A stretch of 64,000 nt of DNA from a virus (Duplodnaviria; Caudoviricetes): positions 192,001 to 256,000 of the IMG/VR virus record IMGVR_UViG_3300032030_000005; one strand, 5' to 3'. Both the position numbers and the translations under genes were made by a program. The notes beneath the pieces were generated by a model. The model was not told where the DNA came from, searched no databases, and saw only the letters and a list, made by a program, of their open reading frames with translations. The stretch's first letter is position 1, and each line of letters begins with the position of its first letter. Positions 29,436 to 39,066 of this stretch are shown in pieces.

Positions 29436-30929
29436 ATGCCAATCATTTCAAACGAAGCAGAAATTGAAAAATTTAACGAACCGTTAGACAAACTGAATGA
29501 TAAGGATTATGAGTTTGCTGTTTATGATCAGTATACTCATAACATTTGTGTAAAATTCGACCAGATCTTTGATAGAGAAGATCTTAAGAAGTATAACACA
29601 TTCAAAATTCAGTTTAAAAGGTATTATTCTGAAGGCACAGTAAACAGTAGCACAAAACCAATGATGCCAACAATATGTAATGATTTAAATTACGTATTTA
29701 ATAAGGACAACGATAGCATCAGACAATATTTAGCATTTGCTACTAAGATAACAATGATGGAATTTAAACCATATGAATTAGAAGACTTCAAGAATGATAT
29801 TTATGACTTTATTGATACAATAAAGGAAAATGTCAGAGATTATGTAAATGAAAATTATCATTTAAATCTATCAGAATTAAATGACAAAATAAATATAGAT
29901 TTACAGGTTACTGATGAAATGAATAAAGTATTCATTCAATCGGCTATAGGTATGAGACTTGTAATTCCGATAATTTGTACTTATACTGCTGATGAAAAGA
30001 TTGACAAAATATTTTATGAGATCTTTAGGGAAATAATGATTAAGTTCTCAGAGATTGATGAAGAACACAATAATCCATTAACAAAGCTCAGATCTATTAT
30101 TAGATCTAGAGTTGAACAGACAAAATATGCAAATAAGAAAATATGGAAATTCATGGGAAATTACACTTCAGATATGACAATTATATGTGAGCAGTTTAAT
30201 ATATCTTTAATTGAAAGTATTATACCAAAGCTTGATATAAATAGATCTGCTATTAAATATATCGATGTAGTATTACGTAAAAAGTTAGACTTTGCGTTTA
30301 CTTATAACTTCCCTTTAGATTATCGTCCACTTAAGAATTTAGAGAATGACGATGATCCAGATGAACGTGATAGACTCAATGAGACAATATTTGTTAACAG
30401 AAAAAATGAAGCGGCTTTAATGCTTAACAAGTTAACAATAAAACAGCATATTACTCAGTTCATCAATGACAATGATATAACAGAGGATGAGATAAACAAC
30501 TTTAAGAAGGTAAACCTTAAAGGAAGAAAACTTAATAACATCCAGCAGTACTTCCTGTTTATAACATTTGGTAAAATATTTGAAGTAACTGTTGCTACAG
30601 AGAGTGATAGAATTGTACTTCTATATGAACTTATAAAGCATTTAGAAATGGAAGGCTTTGTTGAGATTCCTAAGATGCTTTCAAATACTGTAGAAAATGT
30701 TATCGATATGAGAAACAAAGTACAGGCAAAGAGATTGAGAGTTCAGGATGGTTTTACCAAGATAATTAAGAAGTATGAACCAGTTATTGATATAATTGAT
30801 AATGATAACTTCATAGTAAAGATGACAAATTTTAGAAACTATAATTACTATGACACCAATAACGAACTTATCAAATTCAACCCGAACAATTTTGAACGTG
30901 AAACTATTAGCTTTATATTAAGCTTATAA
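29436..30929 (+). CDS. probable sigma-like promoter-specificity subunit of the non-virion RNAP (AR9 gp226/phiKZ gp68 type)
   Basis: ~500-aa helical protein behind an early promoter, beside primase; resemblance recalled, not searched. Confidence 0.45.
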   Translation: MPIISNEAEIEKFNEPLDKLNDKDYEFAVYDQYTHNICVKFDQIFDREDLKKYNTFKIQFKRYYSEGTVNSSTKPMMPTICNDLNYVFNKDNDSIRQYLAFATKITMMEFKPYELEDFKNDIYDFIDTIKENVRDYVNENYHLNLSELNDKINIDLQVTDEMNKVFIQSAIGMRLVIPIICTYTADEKIDKIFYEIFREIMIKFSEIDEEHNNPLTKLRSIIRSRVEQTKYANKKIWKFMGNYTSDMTIICEQFNISLIESIIPKLDINRSAIKYIDVVLRKKLDFAFTYNFPLDYRPLKNLENDDDPDERDRLNETIFVNRKNEAALMLNKLTIKQHITQFINDNDITEDEINNFKKVNLKGRKLNNIQQYFLFITFGKIFEVTVATESDRIVLLYELIKHLEMEGFVEIPKMLSNTVENVIDMRNKVQAKRLRVQDGFTKIIKKYEPVIDIIDNDNFIVKMTNFRNYNYYDTNNELIKFNPNNFERETISFILSL

Positions 30930-30994
30930 AAAATAAAAACTCACGAAAACATTCCCTTAACAGTGAAAGCTGTTAAGGGAATTTATTATTTTAG

Positions 30995-32041
30995 GTGGTG
31001 ATCAATTTGATAGATACTAATTATGATAAAACCATATATGAATACTTTAAGAAGAATTTGTCAGTGTGTATGATAACTACAGATCAGTCTGAAACAGTTA
31101 TTCGTTGTCCTTATTGTGGAGATAGTATTAAAGAACATCATGCACATTTATATATACACAACAATCCACCCTTTAAATATTTCTGTCAAAAATGTTCAAC
31201 CACAGGTATTGTTGACAGTAAATTCTTAAGAGATGTGAGTTTGTATGATCCAGATATAGTTGATTTTGTAAGTGAAAGTAAATCTAATTATCTTAAAGAT
31301 CTTAATAAAAAGTATGGTAATAATTTCTTAGAAATATTTAATAAAGAATTTGATATACTTCCTAATCAATATACAAAGATAGAAATTAATAAATTAAAAT
31401 ATATTAATAATAGATTGGGAATAAATATTAATAATAATGATATGATTAAAAAATATAAGATTATATTAAATCTTAAAGACTTCTTTGAGAATAATGATTT
31501 ACAGATGAATAAATTCTATAAAACTAATATAAAGAAATTACAGAATAACTATGTAGGATTTTTATTAAATGATAACAATATGATCTGCTTTAGAAATATA
31601 AAAGAAGATGATAATGAACGTTATATAAATAAAAAGATATATAGCGAGAATATATTTCAAAGTAGAAAATTCTATTCTATCGGGAACACCATAGATTTAA
31701 GCAATAGAACTTATAATATAGTTTTAACTGAAGGCATCTTCGATATTTTAGGCGTATATAATCATATATACAATTGTAATCAGAATAATAATGATATATT
31801 TATATCTTGTAATGGTAAGAGTTATAATTTTGTATTGAATTATCTTCAGTCATTAAGTATTCTTAATACAGATATAAAGATATATTCTGATAATGATGTA
31901 ACTAAAGAAAAGATGATGGATTTAGTTAAATATAATAAATTAATAAAATTAAATGGAGCTACTGTATACTATAATCTATTGAATAAAGATTGTGGTGTTA
32001 CAAAAGATAAGATAGAAATATCCGAAGGAATACAAATATAA
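30995..32041 (+). CDS. DNA primase
   Basis: Zn finger CPYCGDS...CQKC; TOPRIM TEGIFD, YSDND, KD. Confidence 0.85.
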   Translation: MVINLIDTNYDKTIYEYFKKNLSVCMITTDQSETVIRCPYCGDSIKEHHAHLYIHNNPPFKYFCQKCSTTGIVDSKFLRDVSLYDPDIVDFVSESKSNYLKDLNKKYGNNFLEIFNKEFDILPNQYTKIEINKLKYINNRLGININNNDMIKKYKIILNLKDFFENNDLQMNKFYKTNIKKLQNNYVGFLLNDNNMICFRNIKEDDNERYINKKIYSENIFQSRKFYSIGNTIDLSNRTYNIVLTEGIFDILGVYNHIYNCNQNNNDIFISCNGKSYNFVLNYLQSLSILNTDIKIYSDNDVTKEKMMDLVKYNKLIKLNGATVYYNLLNKDCGVTKDKIEISEGIQI

Positions 32042-32054
32042 AGGGGGAATAATA

Positions 32055-33167
32055 GTGTTAGATTTAGTTGAAAAAATCTTGAATTCTAAGAAAGTAAACT
32101 ATAAAACTTTAGGTGGTTTTTTAACACCACTTAAAGATAGTTTATTTCAGCAAGAATCAACTATAAACGTTTTTATTGATATACCATCAGTAGTAAACCA
32201 ATTATATAATCCAACAAATATAAAACATTTAGCTGGTGGTGTATTAAATAAGAAAGATAAGTATATGATAGCATCTAGTCTGTTAAATATGATAGGTCAT
32301 TATAGACATTATTTTGCAACTAGATTTTGCTGTTACACTAATATATTCTTTATGTATAATTCATCAATTGATAAAAACATAAGGGATAATTTAAATCCAG
32401 CTTATAAGCTGGAATATTATGATAAAAGACTTCATCTAGATAATTCAGTATTCTCAGATATAAATATTATCTTAAAAGATAATTATAAAGTCATGAAAAT
32501 AATAATGGATTATTTACCTCACTGTTATTTTATCGACAGCTCTTATTGTGATTATAGATGTATATTTCCTTTTATAATTAAGCAAGAAGAGTTCAAAGAT
32601 AACACAAATGTAATTATATCATCAGACAAGCTTATGTATCAGAACACTTTATACGGAGATACAATAATTGTTGAACCAAAGGGTGTTAATTCTGATTTAA
32701 TAACATATGGTATAATTATTAAAGCCGTGGCTGGTAAGTCAAAGAATGTAGAAAAACATCCAGAATATTTAGATATCAATCCAGAGAATATTATTCTGAT
32801 TGATAGTTTAATATCTCATCCTAAGTTAAATACTAAAGGAGTTAAGAATTTAAGTTATATTAGTACTTTAAAGATGCTTAATAAACATCATATAAATATT
32901 AATGAACCTATCTTAAATCCTGATAATTTGGATGATATTTTTACAGATATTAAAGAAGTTAAAGACAACCTTGATGAAATTAAGACTAACTTCAAAATCT
33001 ATAACAATGCTTATCTGGCTAATATATATAATAAAGATTTAGAGATTATCTTTGAGTCCTGTAATAAGTATATAGAAGAGCTAGACGAGTTAAGGAAAAT
33101 TAATGAGAAGTTTTTCAGTAAACATCCTTTAAATTTAGAGTTCTACTTTAATGGTGAGATCGATTAA
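32055..33167 (+). CDS. 5'-3' exonuclease/PIN-fold-like protein
   Basis: VFID, ISSDK and adjacency to primase. Confidence 0.45.
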   Translation: MLDLVEKILNSKKVNYKTLGGFLTPLKDSLFQQESTINVFIDIPSVVNQLYNPTNIKHLAGGVLNKKDKYMIASSLLNMIGHYRHYFATRFCCYTNIFFMYNSSIDKNIRDNLNPAYKLEYYDKRLHLDNSVFSDINIILKDNYKVMKIIMDYLPHCYFIDSSYCDYRCIFPFIIKQEEFKDNTNVIISSDKLMYQNTLYGDTIIVEPKGVNSDLITYGIIIKAVAGKSKNVEKHPEYLDINPENIILIDSLISHPKLNTKGVKNLSYISTLKMLNKHHININEPILNPDNLDDIFTDIKEVKDNLDEIKTNFKIYNNAYLANIYNKDLEIIFESCNKYIEELDELRKINEKFFSKHPLNLEFYFNGEID

Positions 33168-33211
33168 AAGATAAATTTATGGTAAAAAATTATTTTATAA
33201 AGGAGTAAAAA

Positions 33212-33823
33212 ATGGCTAATAAAGATTGGGGTACTACATTCAATGATGAAAAACCCGTATATGTAATTTTATTCACATCTAGAAATAAAGATAATAAGCA
33301 TTTAGAAGGCTTTAAAGAAAGACGTGAATCTTTCTTAACAAATAAATCTAAAGAAGATTTAAGCGAAAGATTTAAAGCTTTTGTAAATGATGGTGTGGAA
33401 GGTGAAATGTCTAGATTTTATATTTCAATAAATTCTAGAAATAAAGAAAGATTATATAAAAAGGTATTACACTTTTTAATTGATAATCCAACTTTTAATA
33501 TATGTAGTCTTCCTTCAAAGATTGCCGGATTAGCTGCAGAACATGATTGTTCCGATAGCAAAAGATGGATGTTTGACTTTGATATGTTAAATGAATCATT
33601 AGCTAATGATTTTTGTAGCGATATTAAAGAAATAGATAATAGTGTAGAAACTGAAATCCACAGAACTCCAAATGGTTATGCAATACTCTGTAGTCATGGC
33701 TTTGATATAAGAAAGCTTGATGGTGCGTGGAATAGTATGTCAATAACTCTTAAAAAGGATGACTTACTATGTGTTGCATGGAAAACTAAAGATTCTAAGG
33801 TGGTAAATTATGATGAAGGATGA
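33212..33823 (+). CDS. conserved phage protein, AEP-like motifs
   Basis: WMFDFD and RTPNGY motifs. Confidence 0.45.
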   Translation: MANKDWGTTFNDEKPVYVILFTSRNKDNKHLEGFKERRESFLTNKSKEDLSERFKAFVNDGVEGEMSRFYISINSRNKERLYKKVLHFLIDNPTFNICSLPSKIAGLAAEHDCSDSKRWMFDFDMLNESLANDFCSDIKEIDNSVETEIHRTPNGYAILCSHGFDIRKLDGAWNSMSITLKKDDLLCVAWKTKDSKVVNYDEG

Positions 33824-34014
33824 TAAATATGGATCGAGAATTTAATCGTGATAAATTTACAAAAGACTTTAAACAATGGTTAAATGAAAATCATGAACAA
33901 GTTATGAATACATGTATAACTGTAGAAGATCTTATGAAAGATCCAGATTTTATAAACGATCCAGATTTTCGTGAAGAATCATATGAGGAGGATGTTTATG
34001 AAAGTAAAACCTAA
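33820..34014 (+). CDS. small hypothetical protein
   Basis: Translationally coupled to the previous ORF. Confidence 0.5.
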   Translation: MINMDREFNRDKFTKDFKQWLNENHEQVMNTCITVEDLMKDPDFINDPDFREESYEEDVYESKT

Positions 34015-34171
34015 GAAAGTTACCAATTATGAGCAGTATATGAATACTATAACTGCTGAAGATAGAGCTTATGTTAAAGGATTCATGGAAGCTAGAAAAA
34101 AAGAGGATGAAAAATATCTGAATGAAAAGATATCTACTCTTTTAATTTTATTGGTAATAAAAAATTATTAA
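33998..34171 (+). CDS. small hypothetical protein
   Basis: SD GAGGAGG before ATG 33998. Confidence 0.5.
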   Translation: MKVKPKKVTNYEQYMNTITAEDRAYVKGFMEARKKEDEKYLNEKISTLLILLVIKNY

Positions 34172-34185
34172 TAGGAGGAATTGTT

Positions 34186-34446
34186 ATGGCAAAGGAATTT
34201 AAGTATGATGTTCTTGCAGATCTCGGTACTATCGAAGAAACTGAGACTGTAAAGACATGTGTCAAGGTCATCTCTTTTAATGGAGGAAAGCCTAAGCTTG
34301 ACATCAGAAAGTGGTATACCACCAATAACACTATGGGAAAAGGAGTATCTATCTCTTTAGATCCAGACGTTATTGACAAGCTCAAGGAAGCTCTTGAAGG
34401 TATAGAAGATGACTATGACCTTCCAAATGAGAGTATAGATATGTAA
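34186..34446 (+). CDS. YdbC/PC4-like ssDNA-binding protein
   Basis: KVISFNGGKPKLDIRKW...MGKGVSIS. Confidence 0.85.
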   Translation: MAKEFKYDVLADLGTIEETETVKTCVKVISFNGGKPKLDIRKWYTTNNTMGKGVSISLDPDVIDKLKEALEGIEDDYDLPNESIDM

Positions 34447-34547
34447 AAAATAATTCCCCTAAAGAGAATTAACTCTTTAGGGGAATTATATATAAATTAA
34501 ATGGAGGAATAACTTATATACTAATATGTTCTCTATTTAATTAAAAA

Positions 34548-34874
34548 ATGCAAAGGGGTAGAAAAGCTATGATAATTTCAGTAAAGTATGTCGAAGACAT
34601 CAAGATCAGCAGAAGAAAGATGAAGGAAATAAGAAAATATCTGGAGGACAACTCAATTTATTATATTGAGAATATTGAAGGATTTTTATTTAGTCCTTAT
34701 CTAAAGACCAAGGTTAATGAGAATTTAGAATTCTGTAAGAATAAGATTAATTTACCATATGTATCTTATTCAGATGATGTCTACAAAGGTTATTTAATCA
34801 GTAAGAAGTTTTTAAAAGAAACTGAACTGGTTAAAAAGATCAATTCTAATTATAAAAAGGAATTTATATTATGA
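34548..34874 (+). CDS. hypothetical protein
   Basis: ORF coupled to nrdG. Confidence 0.6.
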   Translation: MQRGRKAMIISVKYVEDIKISRRKMKEIRKYLEDNSIYYIENIEGFLFSPYLKTKVNENLEFCKNKINLPYVSYSDDVYKGYLISKKFLKETELVKKINSNYKKEFIL

Positions 34875-35389
34875 ATTACAGCAAGATATATTATATTGAT
34901 ACAATCAATGGCGAGGGGTTAAGAGTATCACTCTTTACTTCTGGATGTACAATCCATTGTAAAGGTTGTTTCAATAAGGAAACATGGGATTTTAACCATG
35001 GTGAATCTTTCACTAAAGAAGAGTTAGAAAAAATAATTAATACTATTTTTAATGATAAAGGTATTAATTATAGTGGTTTATCTTTATTAGGTGGAGAACC
35101 ACTTGATAATATTGACGGTCTTATTCCGTTACTAAAAGAGTTTAAGAAGAAAAACAAAGATAATAAAAAAGATGTATGGATTTGGACCGGGAGAACTATT
35201 GATTATGTAAACTCTAATGAAAAGATGAAGAACTTCTTATTAGAATACTGTGATGTAGTAGTTGCAGGTCCATATATTGAAGAAGAGAAAAACTTAAAGT
35301 TAAGATTTAGAGGAAGTAATAATCAAAAAATTTATCTAATTAAAAATAATCACTTTATTGAAAGTGAAGAGTTAGAAAAAGGGGTATAA
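34871..35389 (+). CDS. nrdG: anaerobic ribonucleotide reductase activating enzyme
   Basis: NGEGLRVSLFTSGCTIHCKGCFN (radical SAM CxxxCxxC), LLGGEP, FRGSNNQ. Confidence 0.93.
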   Translation: MNYSKIYYIDTINGEGLRVSLFTSGCTIHCKGCFNKETWDFNHGESFTKEELEKIINTIFNDKGINYSGLSLLGGEPLDNIDGLIPLLKEFKKKNKDNKKDVWIWTGRTIDYVNSNEKMKNFLLEYCDVVVAGPYIEEEKNLKLRFRGSNNQKIYLIKNNHFIESEELEKGV

Positions 35390-35393
35390 TACT

Positions 35394-35933
35394 ATGAATA
35401 TTTATGAAAATATTAAGGATGTGAATGTAAGCTTTGCGGATGGTATAATTAATAATCCTTATCTATTAAGTATTGTTAAGAATTACAATAAGGCAATAAA
35501 AGGCTTTTTAGAAAGTAAGTCAACAACTGTAAGTGAATTTGAAGATGATTATCTTCTTAAGGATGATATCATTGAAGAATTAATCACTGAGAAACTTAAG
35601 AAAAATATGTTTTATGAATCAGTTGATAGAAAAGATATAGCTGCTATAAAGAAACTTATTAAGGAATATTTCAGTGAATATAAACAGCAGATTTACAAGG
35701 ATTCTTTAAAATATCAGAAGAAACGTTTTGGTATAAGATATAATGAGTTTAAGATCACTACTATGCATGAATTATATAAATTTGGTAATGATCCAGAAAT
35801 GTTAAATATCATTATACCAAATAATGCATTCTTCTATTTAAAGGTAATCGATAGATTATTAGTTTATTATTGCAAAAAGGTAATAGATAGGAAAGAAGAT
35901 TTAAATAAAGTTGAATATATTAAAATAAAATAA
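35394..35933 (+). CDS. hypothetical protein
   Basis: ORF followed by a terminator at ~35938-35978. Confidence 0.65.
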   Translation: MNIYENIKDVNVSFADGIINNPYLLSIVKNYNKAIKGFLESKSTTVSEFEDDYLLKDDIIEELITEKLKKNMFYESVDRKDIAAIKKLIKEYFSEYKQQIYKDSLKYQKKRFGIRYNEFKITTMHELYKFGNDPEMLNIIIPNNAFFYLKVIDRLLVYYCKKVIDRKEDLNKVEYIKIK

Positions 35934-36040
35934 TTTTTGAGAGATATGCTATAATAGCATATCTCTCTTTTTTTTTTCTACTTGTATTTAATTAATATGT
36001 TGAATATATATTATAATTATGTACCAAGAAACATTCACAA

Positions 36041-36078
36041 ACATCACCTGAGTACGTGATGTATAAAATAAACTGTTC
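36041..36078 (+). repeat. leader pseudoknot repeat, copy 1
   Basis: ATCACCTGAGTACGTGATGTATAAAATAAACTG is identical in the copy at 37663-37700; covariant copy at 47744-47778. Confidence 0.75.
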
Positions 36079-36100
36079 CATTTTAAGGAGGAAAATTAAA

Positions 36101-37642
36101 ATGAAGGCAAATTATTCAACAGCAACAAAAGTAACAAACAATGAAAAAGAAAGATCAACTAGTCAGTTGATAAACGAAATTAAGGAAAAGTATAGAGGAG
36201 ATGTTTCTGCATGCTCGTTTTTTATATCGAGCTGCAAAGCCATCAAATTTATAGATTTACTTTACATTTCAGAAGGTCGTGTAAGATTTTTTACTTGTCC
36301 TTGTTTGAAACAAGGAAGTAGGAAACGAATTAAAGGAGATAAGGTAGTTCGTTTCCGTCATGAAAACGATATGTTACTCATCGGAGATTCTTCTGTAAGA
36401 GAAATCTCTGAAGCAGAACTCTTAAAGCATACTTTAGAGTATGCAGTGCCATTTGCAATGGCGAAGAGTAGGTTTGTTCCAGTTTTTATAAAAAGCAAAA
36501 AACTGGGATTAGATTTCAGTCAGTTCTTCGACGGAACTGAAACAATAACTGAAGAAAAAATAACAGTTGAAGTTGAATCTGCAGAGGATGAGGCTGCTAC
36601 ACTTGAAGCCGTAGAGACTGAAGATGTAACTGTAACTGAAACAGAAGTCATTACAGCCGAAGAATCTACTCCTACTCCAAAAACAGAAGAAGATCTTCTC
36701 ATTGAAAAGATTATAGATCTTGATGCTAATGTGTTAAATCCTTTAACAAAGTTTATGATCGATAGAATAATGGATATAAGCACATACATTAACGATTCAA
36801 TTATTGAAAAAGTTAAAAGTTTTGATGATTGTTATATCTATAATCAGGGGCTTTGTGAAAAGCAAATAGAAGCAGCTAAACTGGCTGCTTCTACAGCCTC
36901 AGCTTCAGAAAAGATTGATAAGTTCATCATTGCTCTTGCTAAAATTTCAGCTGATCTTAAGAATCAGTCTGAAGAAGCTAAGAATGAAGAATATTTCCTT
37001 AAGAAATCGCTTGAAAAAGCGACAGAAAAGGTTAATAATTTCTATAATGAAATCAATAATGAACTTTCTAGAATCGAAACTGAATGTAGCGAAAAGAAAA
37101 TGGCGGAAAAGAAAGTTGACGATATAATGTCAAATCTCTCTGAATTAGAGAGAGAACTTCTTATGAAATCTCTTGGTTTAAGACCAGAGATAGATGTTGA
37201 CGTAGTAAAAAACCCAACACACATTGTACCATCAACTGAAGAAACTGCGATAGACGGAAGATTTACCATTGTTATGAACGATGGCAACACACGTTCCATC
37301 GATAACAGTTGGTCCGAAATATTGGGCCATCTTCGTCAGGTCGCATTAAAAAGAGAGACTGTTAATATATCAGTCTTTAAATATATTGCGGACCAGATGG
37401 CTTTAGGACTTACTAGAAAAGAGCTTATAGAAGCTCTGGGCAGTCAGCACTACGCTAAACGAGCTCTGGACATATGCTCAGAGCTCGGTCTTTATAAGCT
37501 CGATAGATCTCAGAATGCTGGAAAAAAGCGTTCTCCAGTGGCATCAGCCAAATCTGGAAGAACACTTTCTGAGCGTTCGGAGATCAAAAAGAAGGTAATC
37601 GAAGAAGATATAAAGCAGAAAGCGGAAGCTCTTCATGCTTGA
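36101..37642 (+). CDS. early hypothetical coiled-coil protein
   Basis: SD AAGGAGG before ATG 36101; early promoter at 36002. Confidence 0.75.
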   Translation: MKANYSTATKVTNNEKERSTSQLINEIKEKYRGDVSACSFFISSCKAIKFIDLLYISEGRVRFFTCPCLKQGSRKRIKGDKVVRFRHENDMLLIGDSSVREISEAELLKHTLEYAVPFAMAKSRFVPVFIKSKKLGLDFSQFFDGTETITEEKITVEVESAEDEAATLEAVETEDVTVTETEVITAEESTPTPKTEEDLLIEKIIDLDANVLNPLTKFMIDRIMDISTYINDSIIEKVKSFDDCYIYNQGLCEKQIEAAKLAASTASASEKIDKFIIALAKISADLKNQSEEAKNEEYFLKKSLEKATEKVNNFYNEINNELSRIETECSEKKMAEKKVDDIMSNLSELERELLMKSLGLRPEIDVDVVKNPTHIVPSTEETAIDGRFTIVMNDGNTRSIDNSWSEILGHLRQVALKRETVNISVFKYIADQMALGLTRKELIEALGSQHYAKRALDICSELGLYKLDRSQNAGKKRSPVASAKSGRTLSERSEIKKKVIEEDIKQKAEALHA

Positions 37643-37662
37643 TCTTCATTAATCTTACAAAA

Positions 37663-37700
37663 ATATCACCTGAGTACGTGATGTATAAAATAAACTGCTC
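37663..37700 (+). repeat. leader pseudoknot repeat, copy 2
   Basis: 33-bp identity with copy 1. Confidence 0.75.
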
Positions 37701-37719
37701 TTCCGTAGGAGGTTATAAT

Positions 37720-37854
37720 ATGGAAAAGAAAAAAGCATTAGAAATGATAGAAAATATGGAGATCAACCCAGAGCTCAAAGAAAAGCTCATAGAAATCGCT
37801 GATGAACTTGATGAAATATTCGAAAGAATTGACAAGATCGAAGCTTGTCACTAA
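37720..37854 (+). CDS. small acidic early protein (44 aa)
   Basis: SD AGGAGG before ATG 37720; terminator follows. Confidence 0.6.
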   Translation: MEKKKALEMIENMEINPELKEKLIEIADELDEIFERIDKIEACH

Positions 37855-37910
37855 ATTCTTTCAAGTTCGGATAAAAACAGCATCCTTCATTCGAGGGATG
37901 CTGTTTTTTT

Positions 37911-38546
37911 TTATATTTCTAATATGGAATCATCATAAGTATTATTATTCATATCGATTAATTTATTATATTTAAGTAAAGTTTCTTCAGCTATAAAGTC
38001 TTTATACTTTCCAATAAATGCATTTACATCTCCAAAGATGCTTTCAAGTTTAATAAATATCTTTTCACAATGTACTAATTCATGAGCTGTTTTAGATAGA
38101 TAAACAAGACCTACTTGATTTAATTTATGAAGCTCTAATACTTCATCACATATATCTAATGAAGTAAAATTTTCTCCAGTAAGTATTCTTTTATTTATAC
38201 AAGTTTCTACTATATCATATAATGTAAATGGATAATGATGAAATTCTAATGTTAATCCATCAATATCATCTGAAAGATTACCTAATACAGAACAGTTATG
38301 AATACCTACTTCATTTTTAAGATGTCCTAAATAAGACTTATATTCTTTAGAAGTTCTTATCTGTTTTTCTATATTCTTAATAAAAGCTTTAATTTCTTTA
38401 GCATCTGACCATTCTGTAAAATAAAAACTACCTATAATATTTTTACTATTACCTTTAGTAGCTAATACTACATCATCACCTTTATTTAATGAAATAACAT
38501 TATTCACTTCATTTGGTTTATTAATTTGTTTCATATAAATATTCAC
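37911..38546 (-). CDS. conserved jumbo-phage protein, degenerate HNH-like
   Basis: LEFHHYPFTL...LSKTAHELVH; late promoter at 38560-38571. Confidence 0.6.
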   Translation of the reverse strand: MNIYMKQINKPNEVNNVISLNKGDDVVLATKGNSKNIIGSFYFTEWSDAKEIKAFIKNIEKQIRTSKEYKSYLGHLKNEVGIHNCSVLGNLSDDIDGLTLEFHHYPFTLYDIVETCINKRILTGENFTSLDICDEVLELHKLNQVGLVYLSKTAHELVHCEKIFIKLESIFGDVNAFIGKYKDFIAEETLLKYNKLIDMNNNTYDDSILEI

Positions 38547-38643
38547 TCCTTTATTATAATAACTTGCTGTTTTTAAATATATATTATTTTTGTGACTGTA
38601 TTAAGACAATAAAAAATTTAAGAAAAGGAGGAATACAGTTGTT

Positions 38644-39024
38644 ATGAAATACACATATCCTACAGAAGAACTTATGAACAAAGCTTTCGATCAGGCAGTA
38701 TGTGGTTCTTTTGGAACATTTTTAGATGGTGTTTATCTTAAAGCATGCTATGCAAATGGTTATGGCTTTGAGATTGTAAAACATAAAGGTACGTATGGCT
38801 TAGAGCCGGATCTTTGGGAGCTTTACGTACTTAAAAAAGTAGAAGATCCAGAGGAGTATGATATCGAAACAAGATACACTGCCAATTATGAGACGGATAT
38901 AACTGATGATGTTGTTCCATCATTAACTAATGAGCAGGTAATGCTCGTTATACCATTAATAAGATGGTTAGATGATAGAGGTCAGCTTCCGGAAGGTACA
39001 AACCTTCCACATTTTTTAAAATAA
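38644..39024 (+). CDS. early hypothetical protein
   Basis: Early promoter 38575, SD AAGGAGG, terminator after. Confidence 0.75.
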   Translation: MKYTYPTEELMNKAFDQAVCGSFGTFLDGVYLKACYANGYGFEIVKHKGTYGLEPDLWELYVLKKVEDPEEYDIETRYTANYETDITDDVVPSLTNEQVMLVIPLIRWLDDRGQLPEGTNLPHFLK

Positions 39025-39066
39025 TAATAAAAGAGAATATACCAAATGGTATATTCTCTTTTTTTT

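Noticed and set aside
36041-37700. 33-bp direct repeat read as a CRISPR repeat, att site, hammerhead or preQ1 riboswitch
   Set aside because: Only two exact copies, 1.6 kb apart, with no spacers and no integrase nearby. It lacks the hammerhead CUGAnGA-stem-GAAA order and the preQ1-I loop consensus. Kept as a leader pseudoknot.
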